Source: Paraphysomonas bandaiensis
Taxonomy: Eukaryota; Protista; Chrysophyceae
Length of the DNA: 64,000 bases
Assembly: GCA_965644295.1 (NCBI GenBank)
Contig: CBFFRP010000407.1
Location: forward strand, 62,001 to 126,000
Direction of reading: 5' to 3'
Part shown: positions 24,228-36,129 of the stretch, piece by piece
How positions within the stretch are numbered: the first letter of the stretch is position 1
Layout of the letters: every line of letters begins with the position of its first letter
The notes under the pieces: model-generated
What the model was told of the DNA's origin: nothing
What the model saw: the letters and a program-made list of their open reading frames with translations, nothing else
Database searches by the model: none
Position numbers and translations under genes: made by a program

Positions 24228-27200
24228 ATGAAGTACGAAGCTTTGGACGAGGAAAAGAATTCTGAGCACCCTGAAACTCTATCGTGGCCATGGTTTCGAA
24301 TTATGGTGAATTGGATTACTCCTCTCATCAACACTGCATCAAATAGATCTTTACGAGAAGATGATTTGTGGCCCGTGTCTGATGCCTGTGATGTTGCTGT
24401 GAATGCCAATAAACTTGCGGTGGCATGGCAACATGAAATTATTCTTGCGAAAACTAATTCTAGACCTCCACACCTTTCGCGTGTCATTTTTCTTGTTTAT
24501 TTCCGAGAATTTATTGTGAGCGGAGTATCTATACTCGGCTTCACAATTCTTCAGTTGATGCAGCCGTTTCTAATTGGCCAACTGATAGATTATGTTTCTT
24601 CTACTACAGATGAAAGCATAGCTGTCGGTATTTTTTGGGCCTCTATATTAAGTGTTGTGGCATTCCTGTCTTCCTCTAGCTTAGTTTATACTTTTTATAC
24701 TACCCGTAGACTAGGTCTTTCTCTCAGAGGAGCGGTTATGATGAACGTATATTCTCACGCCCTGCAGTTAACGAATGCATCAAAAGCGAAGAACGACATT
24801 GGGACAACCACAAACTTGATGTCTGTTGATGCTGATAAACTTCAGTTAGCTGTCCAGTTTCTGCATTTTTTGTGGTAAGTAATGTTTGATGTATCCCGCC
24901 TAGATATACCGAATCACTTCCGTCGGATTATATTATATCGCACAGATGACGATAAGTGTTGTTGTGTGCTTTGCTCATGTATTGATTCGCCTGCTAAGAT
25001 ATTGTAGCTGAGCTTTACTACAGGCAGGCTCCTCTTATTGTGGCCATTGCCATGACAATCCTTGGTGTCACTATCGGTCCCGTGCCAGCTGTGGTTGGTA
25101 CTGTTTTTGTGTGTGCATACTTCACGTTGCAGCGACACACTGCTCAGTCGATAGGCGCCAAACGCAGAGAGATGGTGCAAAATATGGACCAGAGAGTTAG
25201 CCTTACAAGCGAGACTCTGCAAGCCATACGGGCCATCAAAGTAAGGAGTTCTTTGGATATGAACTACAGCATGCAATCACGTTGTTGTGTCAGATATATG
25301 CGTGGGAAAACTCTATTTCATCTCGCGTGATGGATACCCGAAAGCACGAAGTCGAAAAGCTAACGCAATACTTGCAGTTTAATGCTAGACTTCGTGACTT
25401 GAATTTTTTATCACCACCGTTTACTGCGTTTGTCGTACTCTTAACAATTGCAATACTGATGTTAAACTCCAGTTCTGATAACTCACCTTCTAAGTTGACA
25501 ACGGCGAAAGCTTTGTCGGTTCTAGCTCACCTCAATGTAATGAGATTCCCATTGAATCTGCTCTCACAAGCATTAAAGTTTTTAGCCGACGGCAAAGTGT
25601 CGTTGCATAGACTGACCACCTTCTTTTTGTTGCCGACGCTACCTATGGGCTCCTCATCGTCAGTGTTAAAGGATGGTGAGGAAATGCATATTAAGTTAAA
25701 CCATGCAACGTTTTGCTGGGAAGATACACCATGCCCATGTGATGCGATAGACGGAACTCATATTTCGTGTTATCGGTGTAATGACACGGTGACTAGATCT
25801 TCCAAAGTAGATATTAACAACCCCTTGCATTCCATGTCATTTTATTTGCATGATGTTAACCTTGAGGTGGCCCCTGGTGAGCTTGTTGCTATTATTGGCT
25901 CCGTCGGAAGCGGAAAAAGCACTCTTATTTCCTCTATTTTGGGCGAAGTTCCTTTGGTATCCGGCACTCGTATGGTCAAAGGAAGGATTGCCTATGCTGC
26001 CCAGACTCCCTGGATACAAAATTTGACTGTCAGAGACAAGTATGAATAACAACCTATATGGTGTTCTTCCTGCACTGCTGTGTGGTTTTCTCACGATCTG
26101 TATCCAACACTTCGTATTATACTAGAGTAGACGCACAGTACATGTGATATAGCTTACGTTGATCTGTTTCCTAGTTGTCTGATATCAGTTGTCATGAATA
26201 GTATCTTATTCGGAGTGGACTACGCCGCTGCGATGCCTACGTATCACAAGTGCCTCGAACACTCTGCGCTCCTTCCCGACCTTTCGGCGCTTCCCTTTGG
26301 TGACCTGACTGAGATAGGAGAGAGGGGAATCAATTTGTCCGGAGGACAGAAGGTATGATACCATGTATACGGCACCCAACGGAGTGGGTATATTATGGAT
26401 GGTACCCGATGATTTTCACTAGGTAGTTACAATAATTGATAGAAGTAATGTATAATACATTTATGATCCCGTTTGCTCTGGTGCGTGAATCGGTATTAAT
26501 ATGACAACGTAGGCGCGTGTGTCCTTTTGCAGAGTTCTTGTAGCGTCAGAGTATGCGGATATTATAATCATGGACGACCCATTTACTGCTGTGGATGGTG
26601 CCACTGGAAACTGGATGTTTAACAATGGTGTACTAGAGGGTTTGAAATGTAAAACCCGTATACTTGTACTTAACTCGCATATGCATCTACTGAGTGCTTG
26701 CGATCGCGTTGTTATCTTAGAGAAGGGGAGGGTGGTAGCATGTGACACCCCCGTAAACCTAAGCATGAGTCATGGAGATATCTACAGCAATGCGATAGGC
26801 GCCAGTCGAAGTGAATGCATTCCGGAAGAAACAACAAGTGACTGGCTAGACGCGACTGAGGGTTTGTCACAGTGTGATAGTGATTTTTCTGTTCATTCGT
26901 CACACGAAAGGCGTAGCCGCCGAGGTCTATCAGCTGGTATATTTTGTCTTCTATATCTGCTTTTTTCTTTTACGTATCGATACGACTTTGAAATTTGTTG
27001 TAGGGAGTTTAGATGGGAGCCTGTCGCGTTGCTCTTCTCATTCATGTGGCAATAATGACCACACATCTGCAAAGGAGCCTGTCTCGCAAATAATGGAGGG
27101 TCGCCTTGTTGTCGATGAGAACAGGGCCGAAGGAGTAGTCACGTTGTCAACATTTTTGTGTTACTTTGGGGCGAGCTATTGGACTACCGACGCAGACGAT

Positions 27201-29744
27201 GCTACATTGAAGACTGCATCTCTGTCTAGCGTAATAGTGTGCTTGCTTGTCATAATTATGTTTGCAGTCACTCAGTTTGTTCGTGTCCTGATTGATTTAG
27301 CGTTGCTTGAATGGACTTCCGAGAGTGGGAAAATGTCATCGAAATATTTTAAATTTTACTTGGTGTGCCTTGGTTGTGTGGTTGTATGTGTTTTTCTTCG
27401 CTCTAAAATACTGGCTTTCTTTGCGGTGAGGTCTTCAAGAAACATGCATAATATGTTATTTTTGAGAGTAATCCGCGCCCCCATTCCCACATTTTTTGAT
27501 GTACAGACCATGGGGAGCGTGTTGAATCGCTTCGCCAAAGACATGGAGACTGTTGATGTCAACATTCCAGAATATTTATATATGACACTGCTGCAATTAT
27601 TTATCTTGCTATCGGTATTAGTACTCTGCGTGTGGTCGATACCAGTGCTTTTAGTGATAGTTATTCCTCTGCTCATTGGGTTGGGACTGGTCGGATATAA
27701 ATTTTCTTGTGTATCAAGAGATTTAAAACGCATGGAGGCGATGTAAGTGAATTATTAAGCTGCTCGACGTGTGGATGGTATCAATTCCAAACTCTTCTGT
27801 AGCGCGCTATAATATTGTGTATATCGTGTGTGCGTTAAATTTTTATATGAAAAAATTGCTGTGACTTTTTCATGAGATCACTCTTTATTTATAATAGATC
27901 AAGGACTCCAGTTTACACCTCTTTCTCTGAGACTCTCGTCGGAATTGAGACAGTTCGTGCTTTTCATGCTGGGAAAAGGTTCTGTAGGGAACACAAGAAA
28001 CGAATGGACAGAAATCAACAACTGCAATTTCATATTGTCATGACTCAGACGTGGCTGACATGCAGGATGGTATGATTGATGTCGTCACATTTTCATTCAA
28101 CCTTACAATTCATGCTATTGTTTTTCATTGTATCGATCGTATCGTACGGTGCCGCAATGCGTTGATGGAAATGATATGCCTAATTTTTTGCTTCATAGTT
28201 GCGATTCTAATAGGATGTGTCACAGGAGTTTGGGGGTTGCATGATTCTGGCCAGCATAAGCCTCCTGGCCGTGATCGCTAAGACATTTGTTGAGAATATC
28301 TCAACTGTTCATATAGGTTTGGCACTGGTTTACACTCTCCAGTTAACAGCGGTAATTTACATTATTCGAAGTGATATTCGTTTGTTTACATGTGGCGTGC
28401 AGATGCTTCAGAGAAATGTACAGCTACTTATCGATCTTCAAACGCACTTTACCTCTGTTGGTGAGTAACATACAATAGAGCAATCATGCCATGAGAAAAT
28501 GAAATGCCATAGTACTGTATAAAGTTTTATAGTATAGTGTACTAATGTGTTGCGCCTCTTGTTCTAGAGAGGATACTGGACTATGCTGACATCCCTCAAG
28601 AACAAACTGTAGTGACCGTGCATTCTTATGATCTGTGCTCTTCTGTAAAGAGTGACAGTAAGTCTACTGTTTCGCGTAATGTAGAGCTAATAGAGAAATG
28701 GCCTATCGATGGCAGTATTGTTTTTGATAATGTGTGGATGAGGTATCGCGAGTCTACACCAGCTGTACTGAAGGGAATCTCCTTTAGTGTAGTTGGAGGT
28801 CACAGGGTAGGTTGTACATGACTGTACTGCTTCACAAAGATGTATTTCTTATTACCTGATGTTTTATCTGTATAGGTGGGTGTATGTGGTCGCACAGGTG
28901 CGGGTAAAAGCAGCATTATGCAGACCTTGTTTCGCATTGTGGAATTGTCTGCGGGTACCATTCGAATTGACGGAAAGGATATCAGTGGCATCCCGCTGCA
29001 TATTTTGAGGTCGAGATTAGCTATCATTCCTCAAGTATGTATGCACGTATGCGTTATTTAGCACTTATTCTAACTGGGAACGTACTTCCAGGATCCAGTC
29101 ATATTTGTCGGAACTATACGCTTTCAATTGGATCCCATTGGGACACATGACGATATTGCGTTATGGGACGTTTTAGATAAAGTAAACTTGGCCGCTACTG
29201 TAAAGGCACTGCCACTTGGTTTGTACGATCCTTTACTAGAGAACGGTGAAAATTTGAGTCAGGGTCAAAAACAGCTACTCTGTATTGCAAGAGCTTTGTT
29301 ACGCAGAGCGAGAATATTGGTTATGGTACGCTTCAGTGTTTTATACTGACATTATTGATTAATTCAAATGTACATGTGGTTATCTATAGTTGCTTGTAAC
29401 ACTAATCTATGGTTTGCAGGATGAGGCTACAAGCGCTGTTGATCCTAATACAGATTCTCTCATTCAGAGTGTTCTCAGAGAAGTCGCGCAGAAACAAGGC
29501 ACCACTGTGCTTACAATCGCCCACAGGTAGCAATTCTGCCATACAGAAATCGATAGCAGTGCTCTTTTTTAACTGTATTCGCAGACTACATACAGTACTG
29601 GATTTCGATATGATTCTTGTTTTAGATTCTGGAAAGGTCGTGGAGTACGACTCACCCGATCACCTTCTAAGAAACAAAAACTCTGAGTTTTCCAAGATGA
29701 TGGCACATTATGAGACTATGAAGGACAAAGAAATGAATAGATAA
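24228..29744 (+). CDS. ABCC (MRP-like) full ABC transporter, multi-exon
   Basis: TMD1-NBD1-TMD2-NBD2. Motifs: Walker A 'GSVGSGKS', signature '[12 protein letters not shown]', 'MDDPFTAVD', 'GRTGAGKSS', '[17 protein letters not shown]'. Confidence 0.95.
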
Positions 29745-29908
29745 CGACGATCGATGATAGATGATAGATTTGTGGCTGTAGCAGTACTGAACTATAAGTT
29801 CTCTACGTCGTAATATTTTTATGTTTCGAAAAGCGTTATCACGAAGGGGTAGTTAAACTGAGAAGATCACAATCACTATAGTACTCCACCACTTTGTCGA
29901 GGTGAATG

Positions 29909-30155
29909 TCTTATTATTAGCAATAGGCGCAATGTCAGAACTAATGTAGCAAAACAATTTAACTAATTAGTGCCTAACTCTGATATCCTACTATTTGGCG
30001 CTATGAAAGCTGCTTGTGAATTTCCGCAAGCACCAAGGTGCAACCACTTTCGCCCTTGAGATGGGCCCATTCCCGGTTTCCCGGATGCCTGCTTATTCGT
30101 CGAGGCCCAAAAACGTCTACACAAGAAGAGTGACACTTATTAGTGTCCCTTCTCT
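29909..30155. repeat. RepA copy 2 (truncated)
   Basis: Matches the RepA start TCTTATTATTAGCAATAGGCG and internal blocks GCAAGCACCAAGGTGC, GGCCCAAAAACGTCTAC and GTGACACTTATTAGTGTCCC. Confidence 0.85.
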
Positions 30156-30491
30156 TATCATTCATGGCCATTTACTAAGTCTAGTCACTGCTTTATGTTT
30201 AATGTACTACAGTTGTCAGCTCCAGAATACTAACCCAACGATATGTTCTCAGTACCTACCGCAATCTGAGGATGAGATATATGGAGGGCTCAGTTACGGA
30301 AGGAGATTACCTTTTATTATTACTTCCTACACAACCCTCATTCATTTCATTGTACCCCATACTGCCTGCTGAAAACTAGAATTTACAAATTAACTACACA
30401 ACAATCCGTTGCTGTCAAGTTAATTACGAAATAACGGTAAGGAAAGTAGATGTGGTACAGTCTTTGAAGACACCAAATCAACGAAGAAAGA

Positions 30492-30843
30492 TGTTAACAA
30501 TAGACATTTCACTGAAGTTAACTTTGCTCTACGCGTAAACCGTAACCTTGCTGTTGAACACAATGCACTTTCCAGTAAGAAATTATGATTATTATTCTGA
30601 ACACTTCACTACATATTCGTGTAACATATGTTGAAACATCTGTTCTTATAGCAACATCTGTTTATCATATGTTCATCAGTCAGTTCTATATCTTGTATAG
30701 TCACACATCAGTAACTGAATTTAATTCCTTTGTAACTACTATAATCACCCGTTACACCTATGAGTTGACTTTACCTATAATTGCACACTGTTAACTCACT
30801 TCAATTGCACAATATATATCACATCATATTGCAGAACTCAACA
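30492..30843 (-). repeat. 3' LTR of copia element 2
   Basis: 352-bp near-identical repeat with TG...CA ends. Confidence 0.96.
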
Positions 30844-30987
30844 CTCCCACTCAATTGGATGTAGTTAACCATTCTAAAATTTGTGAAGAACATTGCTATC
30901 GGATACGCAACCACCGAACCTCATAGGACACTGGTGGACGTATGACTCCGCTGGTATAGCTAGCTCCCACCATTCATTCACCTCTAT

Positions 30988-33900
30988 CTAGTTACGACGA
31001 ACTCTCTTTACCTTGGGTACCTCTGCGATAATTTGTGCAGTAGTCTTAAATTTTTCCCCAAGATTTCGCTCCCTCTGTTCAATGAATATTGGACCACTCA
31101 AAGCCTTGGTATATATATCAGCCATCTGTTGTCGACTGCTCACATGAATTAATTTCGCTGTATTAAACTGTTCGGGATCCACATGCTCTCTAATCATATG
31201 ATACTTAATCTCAATATGTTTCGATCGTTGATGTTGCACTGGATTTTCCGATATATCCTGAGCACTTTGACTATCCAGGAATAATGGTGTGGGCTCGTCA
31301 ATTTTCAATCCTACTTCACCAGTCACCCCCCGAGACCATATCATTTCCTGTAATCCATTATATAAGCATTGATACTCTGCTTGCATAGTCGATGTAGCTA
31401 CAGTAGACTGAAGTTTGGAACCCCACGATAGTGGTCCACCAGCTCCAAACATAACATAACCTGAAGTTGATCTCCTCGTCAACGGGTCACCCGCCCAGTC
31501 AGCATCCGTGAACATATGAAGATCAAAATCTTTCCCTCTATATTGAATGCCTTTTTCCGTAGTACCTCGTACATACTGCATTAAATGTATCATTAGTTTA
31601 CATACAGTGATATTCACTTTCGTTGAGAATCGTGACAATACTCCCACTGCATATGATATATCCGGCCTTGTATTCATAGATAAATAGAGTAACGCTCCTA
31701 TTAGTGGACGATAGGGAAAATTGTCAACTAATTCCTGCTCTTCAGTCGAATGCACATGTTCCACTCCCACTTTGATCCTATCCATGACATCACTAGGTAG
31801 TGGGTATCGCCGAGTCTTGTCCCTTGGACCCAGAAAATCCACATACTTCGCCAATATCTTTTTGATGTACACTGTCTGGTCAAGTTTGAGACAATTCTGA
31901 GTTCTCGTCACTCTCACGTTCAAAAACTGGCCAATCTCATTCATATCTGTAATATCGAACCTTTCACATACTCGTCGCTTAATTTCCAAAATAATACTCG
32001 TATCTCGACATGCTATCAGCATATCATCTACATATATTACTAACAGAACTAATTCACCCCTGATCCGTGTAAAATATAAACATGGGTCAAGTATACATGA
32101 TATAAAATGTAAGGACTTAATAAACTTGTTAAGACATTTATACCATGACCGTGGTGAGCTTCGAAGACCATATAAACTTTTCTTCAGTTTAAAGCAGTGT
32201 CCTGGTGGCAATTTAAAATCTGGTGTAGCATACATATACACATCTCCTTGTATATCTGCATACAAAAATGCATTAGATACGTCGAGTTGATGCACCACCA
32301 TATTCATAACAAAAGCGATTGCTAAAAGCAATCTCACTGTTACCGCTTTTACCACTGGAGCATAATTGTTGGCTCTGCCACCTTCATGGTCTCCGCATCC
32401 AAGTACCACAAGTCTTGCCTTATATCGTTGAATCGCACCCTCTTTGTTGCGTTTCAAGGCGAAAACATACTTAGATTTCAATGGAGTGACACCGGTAGGG
32501 ATGGGCTTAACTTCCATGACTCCCCTACGTTCTAAACCGTCACGTTCAGCTTGTCTTGCTGAACTCCATTGCTTCCGTTCCGGCAACTCCAAGGATTCGG
32601 AATATGTCTGAGGCACCTTAGGTCCCGCTGACGAGCACCAGATGGAATCTGCCTCCTGTAATAGGCTGCACTCGTCTTCGACACATGACGACAATAAATG
32701 CATCTCACCCAAAACTGACACATTCGTCACCACCCTTGGAGCCCTTGCACGCCTGCCCCTTGATGAGCGATCTGATGGAGCTTCCTCTCCCGGAGCACTT
32801 ACGAAGTCAGAAGGGGATGGAACCGTCCCAGTCAACTGCTGTGATAAATGTCCGCTGGTCCCGTCGTCACGAGATCCAGAACTTGCAGATGCTCTTGTTG
32901 CAAGGTCTTCACTCATCCGCTTTATATCGGCGATGTGAATAGGAGTCTTATCTTCCACTTGCTCCGCACCACCAGACAATAGGGATCTATACCCTACAAT
33001 CAAACCTTTTCGAACCAATATTCGTGTGGTCTTGTATAGGTGGCCGCCATCTTCATGGGTCTTTCCGATTAAGTAATCGAAGTCTCTAATATTTCGTTCC
33101 TGAGGATCCACAGCAACCATGGCCTCGTCCATTTCTCGATAATAATCCGCCGATCTCTCAGGCACAGATTCATCGAATAAAACATGCACAGACGTAACTA
33201 TAGTATCTCCAATCAATACTTGGTATCCCATTTGCTCCTCTGGGAACCCTACAAAGTATCCAGTCTGTGCCTTTTCTTCCCAGTCTTTCCTGCGATCTGC
33301 CTTCGGGATGAGAACGTACGCCTTGCACCCCCATTTCCGTAACCAAGAAAAATCTGGCACCGTTCCTCCAGGAACACACTCGTAGGGTGACATCCACCCT
33401 CTATAGGTCTTTGTGGGTAATCTTCTAAGAACCCAGCATGCATGTCTAAAGGCTTTCCACCACTCCGCTTTTGGCATACCCGATGACAATAAAAGCGATA
33501 ATGTCATTTCTCCTAGTGTCCTGAATTTCCGTTCTGAAACACCGTTTAATTCTGGTGTCTCCCTAGTAGTGTAGGAGAATGTGGTTCCAAATTTTTGTAA
33601 CAAGTATTCTTTGATTCGCCTGTCCATCAACTCTGGTCCACCATCAGCATGGTACTGCTGTATCCTGTTCCACCCTGGGTATTTTGGTAGCCTGACTTCA
33701 CAGAGATGCTTCACGCATTTTAACACTTCATCCCCAGTTCTCGTTCGTAGACCGTATTCCCAGAATTCTTTCGTAGCCGTATCTACAAATACAAGTGCGT
33801 ACTTATACCCCTCCACAGATGGACAATTCATATAAACCGAAATATCCACTGTAATACGCTCCAGGAATGCTGTCGCCTTCATCTCTACATTCTGGTCACT

Positions 33901-35622
33901 TTGTCCTCGAAATGCATGTCTAGTGATCTTCGCCTTAGCACACCACTTGCACAAACTGGTCTCACACTTCTTTTTGGTAGTCTTAGATAAATGATGTCGC
34001 TGTAGCCCTGTTCCCTTGATCAGCATATGTCTATGAGCCTCCAGTAGTTTTCCCTTAGCAACATGACCGGCCCTTTCGTGCAGTAAATCGAGGGGGTCCT
34101 GCTGAACTGTATCGGACAGCATCACTTCACTGCTTCCCCCCCCCATTACATAATGGCAGGACGATATGCAAGGTAAATTTAACACATCATGCAATGCCAC
34201 CCATGGCATTCCTCCATGCTCATCGTAATTTCCAACCAACACCTCTCTGCCAGTGTTCAATTCTACGATTTTTGGTACTCTCAGTAATTCGAGTCCATAC
34301 CCCATAGCCCGCAGCATACCTCCAGAGACAATATTCTTCACTGCATCGTTACATACTTTGATGCCGTGCCACTGCTGAAAACTTCCCACTCCTTGGGTCT
34401 CCATCGCCGATCCCTTTTTGGTCAGTGATATTACTCCCGGCTCTTCTACATACTTCTCCAGCACTCTATCATCCTTGACGATAAACAACTGCTTTCCAGC
34501 ACAACTATCCAGGTACACTCGTTCATCTCCAGTTTCAGTCAGAAGTACTTCACCATCTATCATGTTGGTCTCCTCTCCAGATGAAACGTCATCATCTACA
34601 TATTTGGACCACCCCACTGATGAACTCTTCTTAACCTTCTTGGAGCCTTTTTTCTCATATTTTCTATCGATCTTCCTCTTGTTCCCTCTTTTGCACTCAG
34701 CAGCCTTGTGTTCTTTGCTACCACAATGAAAACACCCTGTATATGCTTCTGAACCCACTTGTTGCGCTCCTTTCCTCATATTCTTTGCTTTAGCCTTCCC
34801 ATTTCGCTTGAACTTCTGGAAAATTTTATTTTTGTGTTTGACACGACACACACTTGCAGTATGCCCTTTTTTCATACAGAATGAGCATTTGACATTCTCC
34901 ACACCTCCTTGTGGTCCGAGCATATTGACCTGTTCTCCTTGTTTGTCAATTTCGAACTCCTCCAGTTGTCGTTTAGCCTCATCAAATTCTTCGCACGCGT
35001 CTTTAACTATCTGATACGTGGTCGTTGCTTTAGGCAGCATTGCAATAGCTAACCACAACTCCTTCAGCTCTGGAGTATGTATGGACTTTTTGATCTTTGC
35101 GAGCTTGCTCTCCTCGGTTGGCGGCTGTCCCAACTTTGTTAATTTCTGAATTATCCCATTCAGCCTATCAATACCAATAGCGACCTTTTCATTGGCTCTA
35201 ATTTTAAAGCTATGGTATTCCGCTGTAGTCTTCTCGAGTACATTTCCCAACTCCCCTCTAAACCTATCCACCAGCGTCTGAAGCATTTCATTGGACAAAA
35301 CTTCCTTATTGGGATCATCATCTGGAAGTAACGCCTTCGCCTCCATGTATTGATTGGCAACCTCCAATACATCAGCGTCATGTTCACAAGCCTCCCAAAT
35401 CGTTGCAACACACGTGTCATTTCGCTCATGCCATAATTCTCGTGCTCTGCCTCCTCCAGCAGGTTTCGGCTCTAACCCCAGATGGTTCCGATTTTTCTTC
35501 ATCAGATGAATCCTTATTTTTTGAGCAGACGCCTCCGCCTGATACTTGTCGAACTTCAGCACCTTGTTGTCCTCCTTCGTCTCTTCAGAACTACCATCCG
35601 CTACCATGTTAACAATGGACAT
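30988..35622 (-). CDS. Copia gag-pol polyprotein (1544 aa, uninterrupted)
   Basis: Two CCHC knuckles, protease 'YLDSCA', 'LLHERAGH', integrase 'ITVDIS...HADGG...NGVSER', RT 'QLDVSNAFL...IYVDD', RNase H 'FTDADWAGD'. Confidence 0.97.
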   Translation of the reverse strand: MSIVNMVADGSSEETKEDNKVLKFDKYQAEASAQKIRIHLMKKNRNHLGLEPKPAGGGRARELWHERNDTCVATIWEACEHDADVLEVANQYMEAKALLPDDDPNKEVLSNEMLQTLVDRFRGELGNVLEKTTAEYHSFKIRANEKVAIGIDRLNGIIQKLTKLGQPPTEESKLAKIKKSIHTPELKELWLAIAMLPKATTTYQIVKDACEEFDEAKRQLEEFEIDKQGEQVNMLGPQGGVENVKCSFCMKKGHTASVCRVKHKNKIFQKFKRNGKAKAKNMRKGAQQVGSEAYTGCFHCGSKEHKAAECKRGNKRKIDRKYEKKGSKKVKKSSSVGWSKYVDDDVSSGEETNMIDGEVLLTETGDERVYLDSCAGKQLFIVKDDRVLEKYVEEPGVISLTKKGSAMETQGVGSFQQWHGIKVCNDAVKNIVSGGMLRAMGYGLELLRVPKIVELNTGREVLVGNYDEHGGMPWVALHDVLNLPCISSCHYVMGGGSSEVMLSDTVQQDPLDLLHERAGHVAKGKLLEAHRHMLIKGTGLQRHHLSKTTKKKCETSLCKWCAKAKITRHAFRGQSDQNVEMKATAFLERITVDISVYMNCPSVEGYKYALVFVDTATKEFWEYGLRTRTGDEVLKCVKHLCEVRLPKYPGWNRIQQYHADGGPELMDRRIKEYLLQKFGTTFSYTTRETPELNGVSERKFRTLGEMTLSLLLSSGMPKAEWWKAFRHACWVLRRLPTKTYRGWMSPYECVPGGTVPDFSWLRKWGCKAYVLIPKADRRKDWEEKAQTGYFVGFPEEQMGYQVLIGDTIVTSVHVLFDESVPERSADYYREMDEAMVAVDPQERNIRDFDYLIGKTHEDGGHLYKTTRILVRKGLIVGYRSLLSGGAEQVEDKTPIHIADIKRMSEDLATRASASSGSRDDGTSGHLSQQLTGTVPSPSDFVSAPGEEAPSDRSSRGRRARAPRVVTNVSVLGEMHLLSSCVEDECSLLQEADSIWCSSAGPKVPQTYSESLELPERKQWSSARQAERDGLERRGVMEVKPIPTGVTPLKSKYVFALKRNKEGAIQRYKARLVVLGCGDHEGGRANNYAPVVKAVTVRLLLAIAFVMNMVVHQLDVSNAFLYADIQGDVYMYATPDFKLPPGHCFKLKKSLYGLRSSPRSWYKCLNKFIKSLHFISCILDPCLYFTRIRGELVLLVIYVDDMLIACRDTSIILEIKRRVCERFDITDMNEIGQFLNVRVTRTQNCLKLDQTVYIKKILAKYVDFLGPRDKTRRYPLPSDVMDRIKVGVEHVHSTEEQELVDNFPYRPLIGALLYLSMNTRPDISYAVGVLSRFSTKVNITVCKLMIHLMQYVRGTTEKGIQYRGKDFDLHMFTDADWAGDPLTRRSTSGYVMFGAGGPLSWGSKLQSTVATSTMQAEYQCLYNGLQEMIWSRGVTGEVGLKIDEPTPLFLDSQSAQDISENPVQHQRSKHIEIKYHMIREHVDPEQFNTAKLIHVSSRQQMADIYTKALSGPIFIEQRERNLGEKFKTTAQIIAEVPKVKRVRRN

Positions 35623-35955
35623 TTCACTGAAGTTAACTTTGCTCTACGCGTAAACCGTAACCTTGCTGTTGAACACAATGCACTTTCAAGTAAGAAATTA
35701 TGATTATTATTCTGAACACTTCACTACATATTCGTGTAACATATGTTGAAACATCTGTTCTTATAGCAACATCTGTTTATCATATGTTCATCAGTCAGTT
35801 CTATATCTTGTATAGTCACACATCAGTAACTGAATTTAATTCCTTTGTAACTATAATCACCCGTTACACCTATGAGTTGACTTTACCTATAATTGCACAC
35901 TGTTAACTCACTTCAATTGCACAATATATATCACATCATATTGCAGAACTCAACA
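35607..35955 (-). repeat. 5' LTR of copia element 2
   Basis: 349 bp, followed on the minus strand by the PBS. Confidence 0.96.
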
Positions 35956-36129
35956 AAAGATATTATTTTACAGTCTGTACTTAATATCGTACTCGTGGAT
36001 GTCAAAATAAGAGAAAATGAAAACTCAAAATAATTGATCATTTCGTTGACGATAGTATGTTTTGTAGGAATTCAGCAGAAAACAAATCTACTTTAATGTT
36101 AGACTAGTATTTATACTTGCTCCACTATT

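Larger units (their letters stand above)
30492..35955 (-). mobile_element. Full-length, intact Ty1/copia LTR retrotransposon (element 2)
   Basis: LTRs 35607-35955 and 30492-30843 differ by 2 substitutions and a 3-bp indel (read by eye). TSD AAAGA (30487-30491, 35956-35960), PBS TGGTAGCG (35599-35606), PPT GAGTGGGAG (30844-30852). Confidence 0.97.
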
